The notes beneath the pieces are model-generated. The model had not been told where the DNA came from and did no database searches. It was given only the letters and a program-made list of their open reading frames with translations. The position numbers and the translations under genes are program-made. A stretch of 56,555 nt of DNA, filler included, from Catajapyx aquilonaris (taxonomy: Eukaryota): NCBI GenBank assembly GCA_000934665.2. It is 3 parts of 3 records of this genome, joined end to end, with 100 filler letters (N's around TTAATTAATTAA, not from the genome) between each part and the next. Parts side by side here need not be neighbours in the genome. Positions count along the whole stretch, not along the records: positions 37,801 to 56,555 come from JYFJ02006625.1; 2 more parts are not named here. One strand, 5' to 3'. Numbering within the stretch: position 1 is the first letter of the stretch; every line of letters begins with the position of its first letter. This document shows positions 45,989-56,555 of the stretch, one piece after another.

Positions 45989-48900
45989 TCACAGCCCAGT
46001 TCCTGCACAGAGAACAGAGTGGTATTGGGAGTAGTCAAGATGCAACAGACAAGATGTGTTGGTGCTGACTGTGCCCAACAATTCAGGTGATGGGTGCACA
46101 TCATTCCTGAAAAGAAAAAGGGCATTGTCAGCACTCATTCATACTGTATTTGAAAATTTTTATACACAGCTAGACCAAATGAAAATAAGAATTGTGGAAT
46201 ATAAATTTTTAAAACCCACCATTTGGGATGCTATTTGAGGGACAGTTGCGGACCTGTAAGGTATTTAGAACTTCACAGTTTGTTGATAGGTGGAGGGGGA
46301 GTTGGACAACAGCCATGTAAACATGGTGGCATGCCTTCAGTAATGTCTAAGGAGGAGCAGAGAACTCTTATGAATGAGAAAAAAATTCAATACAGTGATA
46401 AATTCACAATTCAGGGTGATGTTTGAATAACTTCAGGCAGTTTACCCGTAAGTGTAGTGAATCAAACCTAATTTGTTTAAAGATGGGTGGCACCCACTCA
46501 GACATTCACCAAGAAGGATAAAAGAGGAGTTATTACGCTTTGTGCACAGAAGGGACAAACGGCATCTAAATACATTGACGAACACAGGCACAATGCATAC
46601 GTGCCATGTAGTGTGTCGGCAACTGGTGTAAAAAAAAAACCAGGTGACAACCTCCATGAATGTCAGTCAGAGAACTTTCACCTTCTTGGAATATGAGTAT
46701 TTTACACCAATCACAGACAAGTGCCTGCAAGAAAGCAGATCTCTGGAATTCCTGCATTTGCTGATACATTTCAATGGGTTTTGTCTGTTCTATACCCTAA
46801 ACTGAATAACATCTCTCCCCTTGGCACAAGCCAGAAGGTATGCCACTACATTTGCACAGCTACTGTATATCTGACACTACATCTATCAGCAAATTGCCTG
46901 AACTTATGAGTTCCATATAAATCCATAATTGTTCCCTTCAAAGAGCATCTCAAATGGCCGGTAAATAAATTATTTCACTTTTCTTGTTTTCATATGATCT
47001 ACCTTCCTATTATCCATGCATGCATTTTTTTTCCAGGTAGGCCTAGTGCAAAAAGGATCCCTCCCAGGATAGTTGTTTTTTCCCAGAACTGCCACATTTT
47101 AGTGTAAGTTGTTCCTAATACGTAATATAATATGAAAAACTGCATCTTCAGTTTGTCCTATTCATACTAGTGTCTTTTGGAAAAGCCATTTAAAATCGCC
47201 ATAGAGAGTGCCAGGGACCCGAGAGAATTTTTGATTTAATTTTTATGGATATGGTACAGTATACATTCACTACGACTATAATGAATGAAATTAATATGTC
47301 AAAAATCATGGTTCCCTTCTTCCCTATTGCATTATCCTATCCACAAAATCCTCCCAACTGAGTTTCACTTTCATATCAAACCTTAGGAACAAATTCCACT
47401 AAAAATTGGCAGATTATGGCAAAAAAAAACATCCTGGAAAGGATTATTTGTCATTCTCTGGCAACAGCAGCATCACAAAGCACAGTTTAATAACTAGAAT
47501 GCACTTGTCACCCGCAAACACACCCATGAACTGCCAATAAATATGACGTTTTTCACAGATGACACTATTAATGCATGACAGCATACATGTACAGTACCAT
47601 CTGTCTTAAAATTATGATTGTATCTGTTCCACTATGTTTAACAATGCTTCCTCACCTTGTATAAACCTCAGCCAATCAAAATTATTATCGAACTCACATC
47701 TTTCCAGGCTTGGAGCTTCCATGTAGTACATCCCAGAACCGGATTCCCCCATCCATCCCACAGGACACAAGAATGGATCCATCATTGCTCCAGGTCACAT
47801 CATACACAATGTCTGTGTGTCCCCGCATCTCCTTCACACAAGAGCCCATGTTCAAGTCCCACACCCGCACCCGCCTGTCCTCACCTGCTGAAGCTAAGAA
47901 CTTCCCATCTGGGCTAAATGCCAACGCAAATACAGCTCCCTTCTGGCCTGTAAACAACCTCACCGTGTTGCCGTCTGTCACTGACCATAGACGAATGTCA
48001 CGATCAACAGAACCAGTAGCTAAGTATTGTCCATTTGGGTGGAACTGGACACTGTCCACATCCATTTTATGCCCTGCAAATATTCTCAGTGGATATGTGC
48101 GATCCAACATCCACAATCGAGCGGTACGGTCCATTGATCCAGTGGCAATGTAAAACCCTGCTGAACTCACGTCAAGTGACCAAATTGGGTAGCGGTGCCC
48201 TCTGTATATGGCCAAGCACTCAAATGTAGACAAATTCCACGCACGTAATGTAGCGTCACGACTCCCTGTCATTAGCACACTTTGGGCTGGCATGAATGAC
48301 ACTGCCTGCACAGCGTCACTGTGACCTTTGAGTTCTTGCATCTCAGATGGATCAGGTGTTTCAGGAGTATCAATATCACAGGCCAGTAGTACTCTATGAA
48401 TTTGTGGTGCATCCGGTTCTTTTGATGGAACCAATTTTCCTGGAACTAGACTCCATAGCTTAACCACTGAGGCTTCTGTGCCAGCAGCCAGAACTTGTTG
48501 CTGACGATCCACTGCTGCAGAACATACCCTGTAAATGCATGTATGTTAATCAACTCAATTTTTCAAGCTAGGCACAAGATGAGCCATTTCAAATGAAGGC
48601 ACAGTCAGTTGCAATAAGTACACCCCAAAGGTTCTTGTCTGCATTAATTATTGTTACAAGCAAGGAGGAGGGGATGGGTAAGTATTAGGCTACTGGAACT
48701 CACCCTTCTTGATTGTTGTGTAAAGTGTAGAGGCATACTGCAGGCAATGGAGTGGGACCCTGGCGGACAGCTTTGATGCAGTCCTCGACCTGCTTTTGCA
48801 GCTCTCCTTCCTCCGTTCTTTCCTCAGACGAGACTTCCTCTTGCTTTACTCGAACCTCACCTGCCATACCTACCTTTTGGTCTAAGCAGGCCCCGAGCAA

Positions 48901-50047
48901 TCCACCCCATTCCTCTTTCTCCTCTTGAAAAGTCATAGGAGTCTCATTTGTCACGCTGCTCACATTCACAAGCAAGTGTGTATTGATCACCTACAATGTA
49001 TGCAGATTGGCTGTTATCCTCAACAACATTCGACAACTTTTCCACAGGCACTAACCTGGAGGAGTATCAAGCCTTTGTCCTCGAGGATATATCTCATCAG
49101 GTACTGGAATCCAGGCTCCGTCATCTTCACTTCAAACAGAGACTTCCTGTAAAGCAAGAGATTTGTCACATGGACTGTTAAGTAGTGCTCTCTCACATAC
49201 TGGGAAGGCAATTCATATAAATATGGGCCCCTACAGTACATGCATCATTTTTTGGACCCAAATTAGCCATCTTATGATGGGTCATGCTACACTCTCACCA
49301 GAAGATCCGCAACTTGTGGTTAGCTTCCAGCTCTTGTTGGCTGCTGACTGAAATGAGGGCATCACATATGTCTCGATCTGCAGATCCAGATGATTGGAAG
49401 AGAGGTGAATGCCTCTTGTGTAACTTGACAGCCATGGCTTTGTGTCCATTCACCACCAGCTCCAGATACAAATGAGTGAAGAGCGGGAATAGGAGCATGG
49501 CCAGCTGGGGGCGGAACTCGTCCAGAGCTTCAGATGCTACCCAGCTGTAAAATAAGCGGCGAGATAAATCACTTCCACAATTGACAGATTGCAAATGCCT
49601 ATCAGCACCTGCGAAACCGAGTGAACTGCTGTTCTGCTCCAGCTGCATCCATCCCAGTGACGGTGCCATCGCTGCCACTGGTGCCCCCTCCGTGCAAGGA
49701 GAGGCTGTTGGGTGTTGAGAGAGCGTTCTCTTGGAGGCCTGTTGCTGCCAGGTCATATGCACTCTGAGTCTGGCGCGACTGCTGTCGCTTGGTACTCTCT
49801 GGGTCCTAAATCACACATCAATGAGATCAAGTGACACTTCCTGACGAAGTAGTCAATTAAATAAATGTCTCGTGTGTGTGTGTGTGTTTCGTTTAAATGT
49901 GCCCAACGAAGACTAAAGACATCCTCCTCTTTTTAAATTCCAGTGTTAGCGAGCACATGGCAATTTTTTACTTACCGGATATTGCCTCTGCTGTGCATAC
50001 TTGGCCAGCACAGCTTGAATCTGCTGTTCTGGCTTCAGCTTCTTCAT
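45989..50047 (-). CDS. TAF5L: TAF5-like (SAGA/PCAF subunit PAF65-beta), TAF5 NTD2 plus WD40 repeats; complete, 613 aa
   Basis: Exons 50047-49976 (MKKLKPEQQIQAVLAKYAQQRQYP), 49805-49609, 49544-49299 (LLFPLFTHLYLELV), 49146-49056, 48990-48704, 48528-47698 (WD40s: YRGHRYPIW, DRTARLW, YPLRIFAGH, FHPNGQYLATGSVDRDIRLW, AGEDRRVRVWDL), 46106-45989 (SPELLGTVST...VLCAGTGL*). The short N-terminus and C-terminus fit TAF5L rather than TAF5. Confidence 0.93.
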
Positions 50048-50612
50048 TGTACCTGTCACCTGTCTGTGCCTGTCAGACAGTCACACACCCGGTGCACACA
50101 CACTACTAGTCCAACGTCTAGTACTGCACTACTGACAAGCTACTGATCCGCCATTGTCTTTGCGACTGTCCTCTTCCTCTGTCCACTATGGTATCGTGCT
50201 CACCTAATGATTAAAGCGCGTAATTATTCAAGAATAATTATTTCAAAATGTAATCAACCGAGTCATTTTTTGTCGGCATAAATTAATGATCAGTGAATTA
50301 TCATGCTATTCAGTTGATGGCACCACTGCTCGCCATGGCAGCCAATCAGCGACTCTCACTACGCGCATAAATCCCCCAAAAAGTACGCAGGTTGTCTTGC
50401 GTTTTCGCTCCTATCTCAAACCGGCTGCGTATTTGCCGCCGAAAGTAGGTTACCTGCATTTCTGAAGTCGAACTTCTCGTGGTCGACCGAGACAGAACCG
50501 GTTAACATGGCTACAAAAACACGGTTTAATTTTGCGCCTGGTTTTGGCGCTGGTTTCACAGAGTGTTACTAGTGGTTCTCCTTTCCCTCCGCAGATGTCG
50601 CCACCACCCAGC

Positions 50613-50623
<11 letters not shown>

Positions 50624-50648
<25 letters not shown>
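50624..50648. repeat. (GCA)n/(CAG)n microsatellite
   Basis: Visible run. Confidence 0.9.
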
Positions 50649-51172
50649 CCACCTGTGATCCGCCACCTGAAAATGCATCGGGCACGGACTGGCACGAACA
50701 TCTCGGCCGCGCACATCGCATATCGGCCGGATCACAGTGGGATTTATTCCTAGTCACCCTTATTATGCCCTAGCTGGTTACAAGCAACCCAACCAGCCAT
50801 TACAGGTTACTAAAAAAGCACGACATAACACCCCCCTTACAAAAGACAAGGCCAAAGAAAAGGTGGCCCATTTCATCCTGCGAGACAGTGCGATTAATTC
50901 CGACCCGCGATTCCCTCCCTCTGTGTCCTTCCTGCGGAACTCCGCTCAGCTGACCGACACCCAGTAAATCGGCCATGTTACGTTATCCATCGGGGCGGAG
51001 GAGGGGGCGTGAGTAGCGTGTGATTAGCAGCGCAGGTTCCACACATTCGACACAGCCTCCTTGGGCTGCTGGGAGGGGAGAGGGAGAGGAGCGAGCGGGG
51101 TGTGACCGTCAACTCCATCGAAGAAGTTCTTCTGCGTGAAGCAGGGGGGAAGGGGGTGGTGGAGGAGCAGCA

Positions 51173-51173
<1 letters not shown>

Positions 51174-51203
<30 letters not shown>
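51174..51203. repeat. (GCA)n/(CAG)n microsatellite
   Basis: Visible run. Confidence 0.9.
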
Positions 51204-51205
<2 letters not shown>

Positions 51206-52097
51206 CGAAGCCTGAAGTGAGCAAGGAGACGGATGGAACTCGAGGAATGCGGCGCTTGTCCTGGCATCCAACCAGGCTGCGTGCCGCCTGAGGGGAAAAT
51301 GATGCGAGTGAGTGTGCTGCTGGGCCTCTCCCTCTCTCTACACTTGCCTGGGCTCCCCACCCACCTGCCCTGCCCACCCTCTCTCATTCCACACTCCCTG
51401 AAATTTGCAAAGGAGAAAAAAAAAAACAAGGGGAGAGAGAAGGTGGGGAGAAAATATAATCAAGGGNATCAAGGGGAGATTGGGAGGGAAGAAAGCTGCT
51501 TGATTCCTTCCCCCCTCGACCACCACCTTCCATCCTCTACTCATAAATTACCTGCTCTTTTTTTTTTTTTAATGTGCACCAGCATTTTTAACTGTAGTGT
51601 CAGGAGAGGCTGCACAGTTACAAGCCTGTTTGGCTTCTTGGCAGGCAAGCAGCCACAGCAGCACTACGAGACGGGCTGGGTGGATTGCACGTTTGCACGG
51701 GATAAATGAGATTGTGGCCGAGCTGTTGGTGTGGAGTTGCAGACGACTGTGTGTTTTGGACAAAGTAATAGTTCAGGAAGTGAAGGGTGTCTTGATAGAG
51801 AGGTTTACACATGACAGTTGGGGTTGGGTGTACGAGCAGCATTCATGCATCCTAGTTACACTTACGCACTTAGTAGGCCATGTGTCAGCTTGGGCGTAGG
51901 CTTCCAAATTCTGAACTGAGGAAGTTGCGACAACAAGTCATAATGCTGCTTGTATTTTACCTCACTTTAGTGACTGAAATATATCTAATTTGTCACATGG
52001 CGTATGGTGACTTGACAACTTGTGCTTAGCCTGTGAAAGTGTGGTACTGACATGTGTTCAATGTGTGTTCATTTATTCAGGATCTGGATGCCTCCTA

Positions 52098-53076
52098 ATG
52101 CGTTCAACGGTGAGTGTAATTCTGTCCAGCCCCGCTCCGGAGCTCACCATGTCCTTTCCCGACTACCAACAGTCGGCACACCACCACCAATGCCTCCTGG
52201 TATTAGTGAGGCATGTTGGTAAGCTTGCATGACTTGCACCATCTAATTTTATTGAGCGTTGAGAAACATAATGATTTACCATGGATTAAAACAGGTCAGC
52301 AGCTGAAGCCAAAGCACTTCAGCAAAATCTACGAGCGCATTTGTCGCACACACCACCTGCGACTCAGGGACTCACAAGGGTCCCTGAGAGACGTTTGGAT
52401 ACGCTTTGTAAAGAGCTATCCTGTCGAGAACAACGACTGGGGGGATTTTCAAGCACATCGCCGAGTCTTGGGTCTTCTCTGTGTTGGTATGTATTATTTT
52501 AATCTCAGTTTTGCTTTAAATAGTGCTTAGAGAAACCTTGTTGTTACTAAAATGACAAGTGTTTGGCAGAATGCCAATTCATGAGAGATGACAAGCAGCA
52601 TTAATTTTGCAACATGCCTTCAGCATAAAGATTGTATCACCATGCTATTGAAGGCACAGGTGTGCCTGGATAATCGGAAAACATTGATGATGGTACCAGA
52701 TGGTACCAGATATCGTAAAAATGAGCCATTCATAGGTTTTTAGTTAACTACCGTACATATATTGTAGGCTGCTTTAAATCAGGTTTAATCAAAATAAAAA
52801 AAATTACCATATATTTATAGTTTTTCTTCTGGAAAAAGTTTCATATTTTTTTTGCTTGCGAGACATATTGACGTTGTTATGTACTTTATTTATAACCCTT
52901 TTTTTGGCGATCCAGATAATCCGCAATACAGATAACCCACACCTGGGTAATCGGATAATCTGGAGTAATGTATTTTTATTACTTCAAATTCATCAGCAGG
53001 ACAGTGCTTAATAAAGTCAGGAATTTAAAACAGGATCCCAAAGAAGCTACATGCAAATTATTATTATTATTATGAT

Positions 53077-53131
<55 letters not shown>

Positions 53132-54881
53132 GCTGCTGCTGCTACTGCTATCATCTTGACTTACACTTATTACTTTCCTACAGGCCAATGCAACACCCAG
53201 AAAGAGCTAGAAGAACTGTGCCGCATCTATGAGTCGCTAAAGGTGAAGTATGCCTGGACTTTGTACAACTCCCGGTGCATTCTGCTGGGCCTGCATCAAG
53301 ATGGCAGTGTGGCTTCAGTAGCTGGGAGTGGTGCCACCACTGCTGAAAGCTCCAGGCCAGATTCGCCAACAACTTCCCCCCATCCGCCACTCCCAGTGCA
53401 ACCTCTGACAGAAGCAGTGGAGGTATTGGGAAGGAAGGAGGGAAGCACTGAGTGGGACAGTGGTGTCTTTGAGCAGCATGCCAGGGGGGAGAAGGTGTTT
53501 CTGCAACAAGATGATGACACTGTAGATGGTGCCAGTGCCAGCAAGCTTGCACCTGTCAATGGGGAAGAGGAGGTGAAGGGAAGCTGTGATTCTCTCAACA
53601 ATTACTTAAAGCTGTCTGAGTCATCAAGTGGAACATCTTGCAATGCCAGTGACTCTGGCACCAGTGACCGGGCTATCGAATCTTCCTCACCACCTACAGT
53701 GGCAGCTGCTGACAGAGGAGGTGATTCTGAGGTAGCATCAGCAGGAAGTGGGCCAACTGAGAGTGCTGATAGTGTGTCACCACAATCAAGTACACCCACC
53801 TCTGGGCCAGGTAAGAATTAATTTACAATTTGAACCTCTTAATAAAGGTGTTGATCATGTCAGCCAGTGACAAAGGAAAGGTCAGCCTCTCCCTCATGAC
53901 TTTTGACTTGCAAGTTGGTGCAAGGAATCAAATCTGTTTGTAAATGTCAGTGTGTACTTGTATATGTGTATGGATAGTGCAATGAGCAAAAGTAATGCTT
54001 GCTTTGTGCCTTACAGGTGAGGTTATGAGTGTGGAAACAGGCATGGAATCCAGCAGCTCTGTGGCCACCAACTTCCAAAGCAATGGCCCTGCTCCTAGCA
54101 ATGACAACGGATTGGCTTCGTCTCCCAGTTCCCGCAGTCTGGCCAGCTCCGATGGAGGGGATGCAGCAGATGGAGGTGCTGGAGGGGAAGGATCAAGCAG
54201 TAGCAGCAGTGCGCACCATCCTCCTGGCACAAACAAACTGACTTTACCTGGACAGGTTAAGACTCGCCTATTGTGCTATCCAGCAGTAGACCATTGTGAG
54301 GGGATTGAGGCAGATCTGGTCGAATTTCTTAGCTCACTCTTCTGGGTCCTGGAGTCCAAGAGGCTAGACAAGAGTCAGAAAAAGATGGACAAGGTTCGTA
54401 TACAAGCCATAATAATAATGTTGGTTCCTGTCAGAAAGGTGGTTTGTTTATTCCCTTTTCACTAGGCTCATAATGCCATTCATAAAAGTAAATGTAATTG
54501 TGCGTTGACTCCCCTTGTATAAACGTATGTCAGCTCAGGTTGAGACTTAATTTGACAGCTGTCTCTGCTGTTGGCTCCATTTGAGAAGAAGGACTTTGTT
54601 GGTCTGGACATGGAGTCAAAGACAAACCGGAAGAGATGTGAAGGGCGTTACAAGAAGCATCAGGGAGACCTCTCGCTGCAGGCAGGACTCCCTTCCGAGG
54701 CCATTCAGCTGTACTGGATGGCTGCAGATATCCTGAAATCTGCCAATGATTGGCTGTGGTTGGCTGGAGCCTATGAAGGGCTTTGTGCTGCATCTGTAGT
54801 AACTCTTTATCCAACCCTGGGAAAAGTACCTGAGCTGCACAGAAACGCTTCATTCCAAGGGGACAGTCCCAAAAGGCAGAG
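52098..54881 (+). CDS. TRAPPC9: Trafficking protein particle complex subunit 9 (NIBP/Trs120/brunelleschi); 5' part, continues beyond the window
   Basis: Exons 52098-52218 (MRSTVSVILSS..MSFPDYQQSAHHHQCLLVLVRHV), 52295-52486 (YPVENNDWGDFQAHRRVLGLL), 53184-53810, 54017-54393 (EFLSSLFWVLESKRLD), 54559-54881 (APFEKKDFVGLDMESK..KRCEGRYKKHQGDLSLQAG..ANDWLWLAGAYEGLCAASV). Confidence 0.96.
52665..52960. repeat. Dispersed MITE-like repeat remnant (GATAATCGG-rich); related copy at about 54940-55070
   Basis: GATAATCGGAAAA...GATATCGTAAAAATGAGCCATTCATAGGTTTT here versus GATAATCGGAAAA...GATATCTTAAAATGAGCTATTCACAGGTTTT at 54981-55031. Confidence 0.6.
53058..53150. repeat. Compound (ATT)n-(ACT)n-(GCT)n microsatellite in TRAPPC9 intron
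   Basis: Visible; explains the poly-I/poly-T start of the 53051 ORF. Confidence 0.92.
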
Positions 54882-55071
54882 GTATGATTTTGGATAATTT
54901 TAAGAAACAATATTCTTCAATGTTTTGCGTATACGCTGTTCTCCCGATTATCAGGGCTAATGTCTGCACAGATGTCGCAGGATAATCGGAAAATTGTCAA
55001 GATATCTTAAAATGAGCTATTCACAGGTTTTAAATGAACGACTGTACTTACTGTATTCTGCTTTAAATGAG

Positions 55072-55400
55072 ACTAGCAGGTGACCAGGCGTTGCCTGGAT
55101 GTGTTTTGGTTGTAAAGGTATGGGTATCTATAATTATCCATATTAGGAAATTTTGTTTGTAAAATTTGTGCACAATATGCAAAATAGAGTCGTCAGCATG
55201 TTCTTAAGGGTCTTGGGGAAGGCCAGGAAAATAAATACGAAAATATAGAAAGAAAAAATGGTGAAGAAAGAAAATTTTGGGGGGATAATCAACTCGAATG
55301 TATATGCGCACTGTAGGCTACGTGGTGGAACGTTTTGAAAATGCAGTAGAGCATTGATTATCCAAATACCGATCAACAGAAACATGGGTTAACCGAAAGC
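55072..55400 (+). mobile_element. Possible Helitron/Helentron-like non-autonomous remnant
   Basis: Starts ACTAGCAGGTGACCAGGCGTTGCCTGG, with a short subterminal hairpin resembling arthropod rolling-circle repeat ends, and interrupts the preceding repeat. The 3' end is uncertain. Confidence 0.3.
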
Positions 55401-56555
55401 GTTCGAGTCGGGAAATTCAAATTTGCATGCCATGTAGTTCCTCTAGCAGCCGCTTTAATGTTTGTAGTGTACTGTATACTACTTTATGTAAGGTATGTAT
55501 TTTTAAGACGTATGATACAAAATGTACTGTTTTGTGTTTAATATTAGTGTTTCTTTGTTTCATATTTCTCCCATGACACTGGTACAAATTTTTTCGTAAA
55601 TGGTCGGTTATTCGAAAAATCAGTTATCCGAACACCCCCAGGCCCCAATTGTTTCAAATAATCGATACTCTGCTGTAAATTGTTTTAGAAAAAACTGGGA
55701 GTGGCAGGGAGGGGGGTGGTACGGGTCGTCAGGTCAAGGAAAGGTCTGAGGTGCCCAGTCATGCTTCGGTAAGCAGAGTCTCCGCATAATTATAATAATT
55801 CTGATAGGATGTGTAAAAAATTAATGTGGATAGATTTGGCTCAGGAAAAGATGAATGGCCACTAGTTTTTCTTGTTTTATTTTTTAATTAATTTTTTCAA
55901 AATATTTCTCCCCCTCCACCTCTTCCCCAATGTTTGTCCTGTTCAAAAATTTTATATTTTACTTATGTAATGTTGCATGTTGGGTTTCATTATTTTGTGT
56001 CTGGCAACTCTACTTACAAATCTGACAAAATTCCATACAGTTTTTTTCCTGGCATGACTATACGATATGAACTCATGTTAGGTGGCCATCATGCCTCGGG
56101 TAGCATAGTTGATGGATGCATTGATTTGAAGTACATGTAAGAAAAAGGGCGGGAGACATCGATATGAATGGTGGCATTTCCATGGGAACTTGAAAAATAT
56201 ATGCATATGATTCGGGGATGGGCATCATCACTGGCTATAAGTCTGAACCGATTTAAAAAATGGTGAACACTGCAGGCCGCAGGCCTAGAGAGGAAAAAGA
56301 GCGAAGAGAGTGGTTTTCTACTGCTGTGGCATAGAAAAATTGAGACCGTAGCAAGGGTTTTTCTCAAGTTTTTCTAGTCCTCATTTATACAGAATGATCA
56401 AACTTTTTTGTCGTTTTAGTTATTGACAAATTCGGCATAAGCTGCTTATGTTTAGCCTGTTACCTGGCAACCCCGTCCGGCGGGCCAATTCAAACATCGG
56501 CACATGGAGAGCGCTTCCATTGTTGCCACTGTTTACAAATCGAGTGAGTGAGTGC

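Larger units (their letters stand above)
50200..51310. promoter_or_regulatory. Probable shared divergent promoter / 5' UTR region of TAF5L and TRAPPC9
   Basis: Genes are head-to-head (ATGs at 50047 minus and 52098 plus). The region is GC/CpG-rich, with CCAAT at 50342, a candidate non-coding-exon donor on the minus strand at 50453 and on the plus strand at 51217 or 51308. TSSs are inferred, not observed. Confidence 0.55.

Noticed and set aside
49147..49230. Longer in-frame version of TAF5L exon 4 using the upstream AG
   Set aside because: The acceptor at 49146 has a better pyrimidine tract and gives ungapped similarity to TAF5L NTD2.
50450..51429. Poly-Ala, poly-Cys and poly-Leu ORFs between TAF5L and TRAPPC9
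   Set aside because: Products of (GCA)n repeats in a GC-rich promoter/UTR region; no family resemblance.

Overview
Eukaryotic, intron-rich animal DNA, most likely an arthropod judging from the proteins. It consists of three sequence blocks joined by two 100-bp artificial linkers (N..TTAATTAATTAA..N at 18789-18888 and 37701-37800), so adjacency across those linkers is not established. Block 1 (1-18788) holds seven hand-traced exons of a kainate-type ionotropic glutamate receptor (minus strand, incomplete at both ends) with MITE-like palindromes in its introns. Block 2 (18889-37700) is a tandem plus-strand cluster of five compact genes I cannot assign to a known family. Four encode a long coiled coil followed by a ~110-130 aa C-terminal domain that looks like a divergent PB1/beta-grasp fold. 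The fifth is a short 146-aa gene sharing the family's 5' exon layout. In one paralog a 2.16-kb nested transposon insertion splits exon 2 but supplies frame-restoring splice sites, a candidate transposon-generated intron. Block 3 (37801-56555) holds Elongin A (5' end missing), a complete TAF5L, and the 5' part of TRAPPC9, plus decayed Tc1/mariner elements, MITEs and tRNA-derived SINEs. All gene models were traced by eye from GT-AG sites and reading-frame phase; no searches were run.
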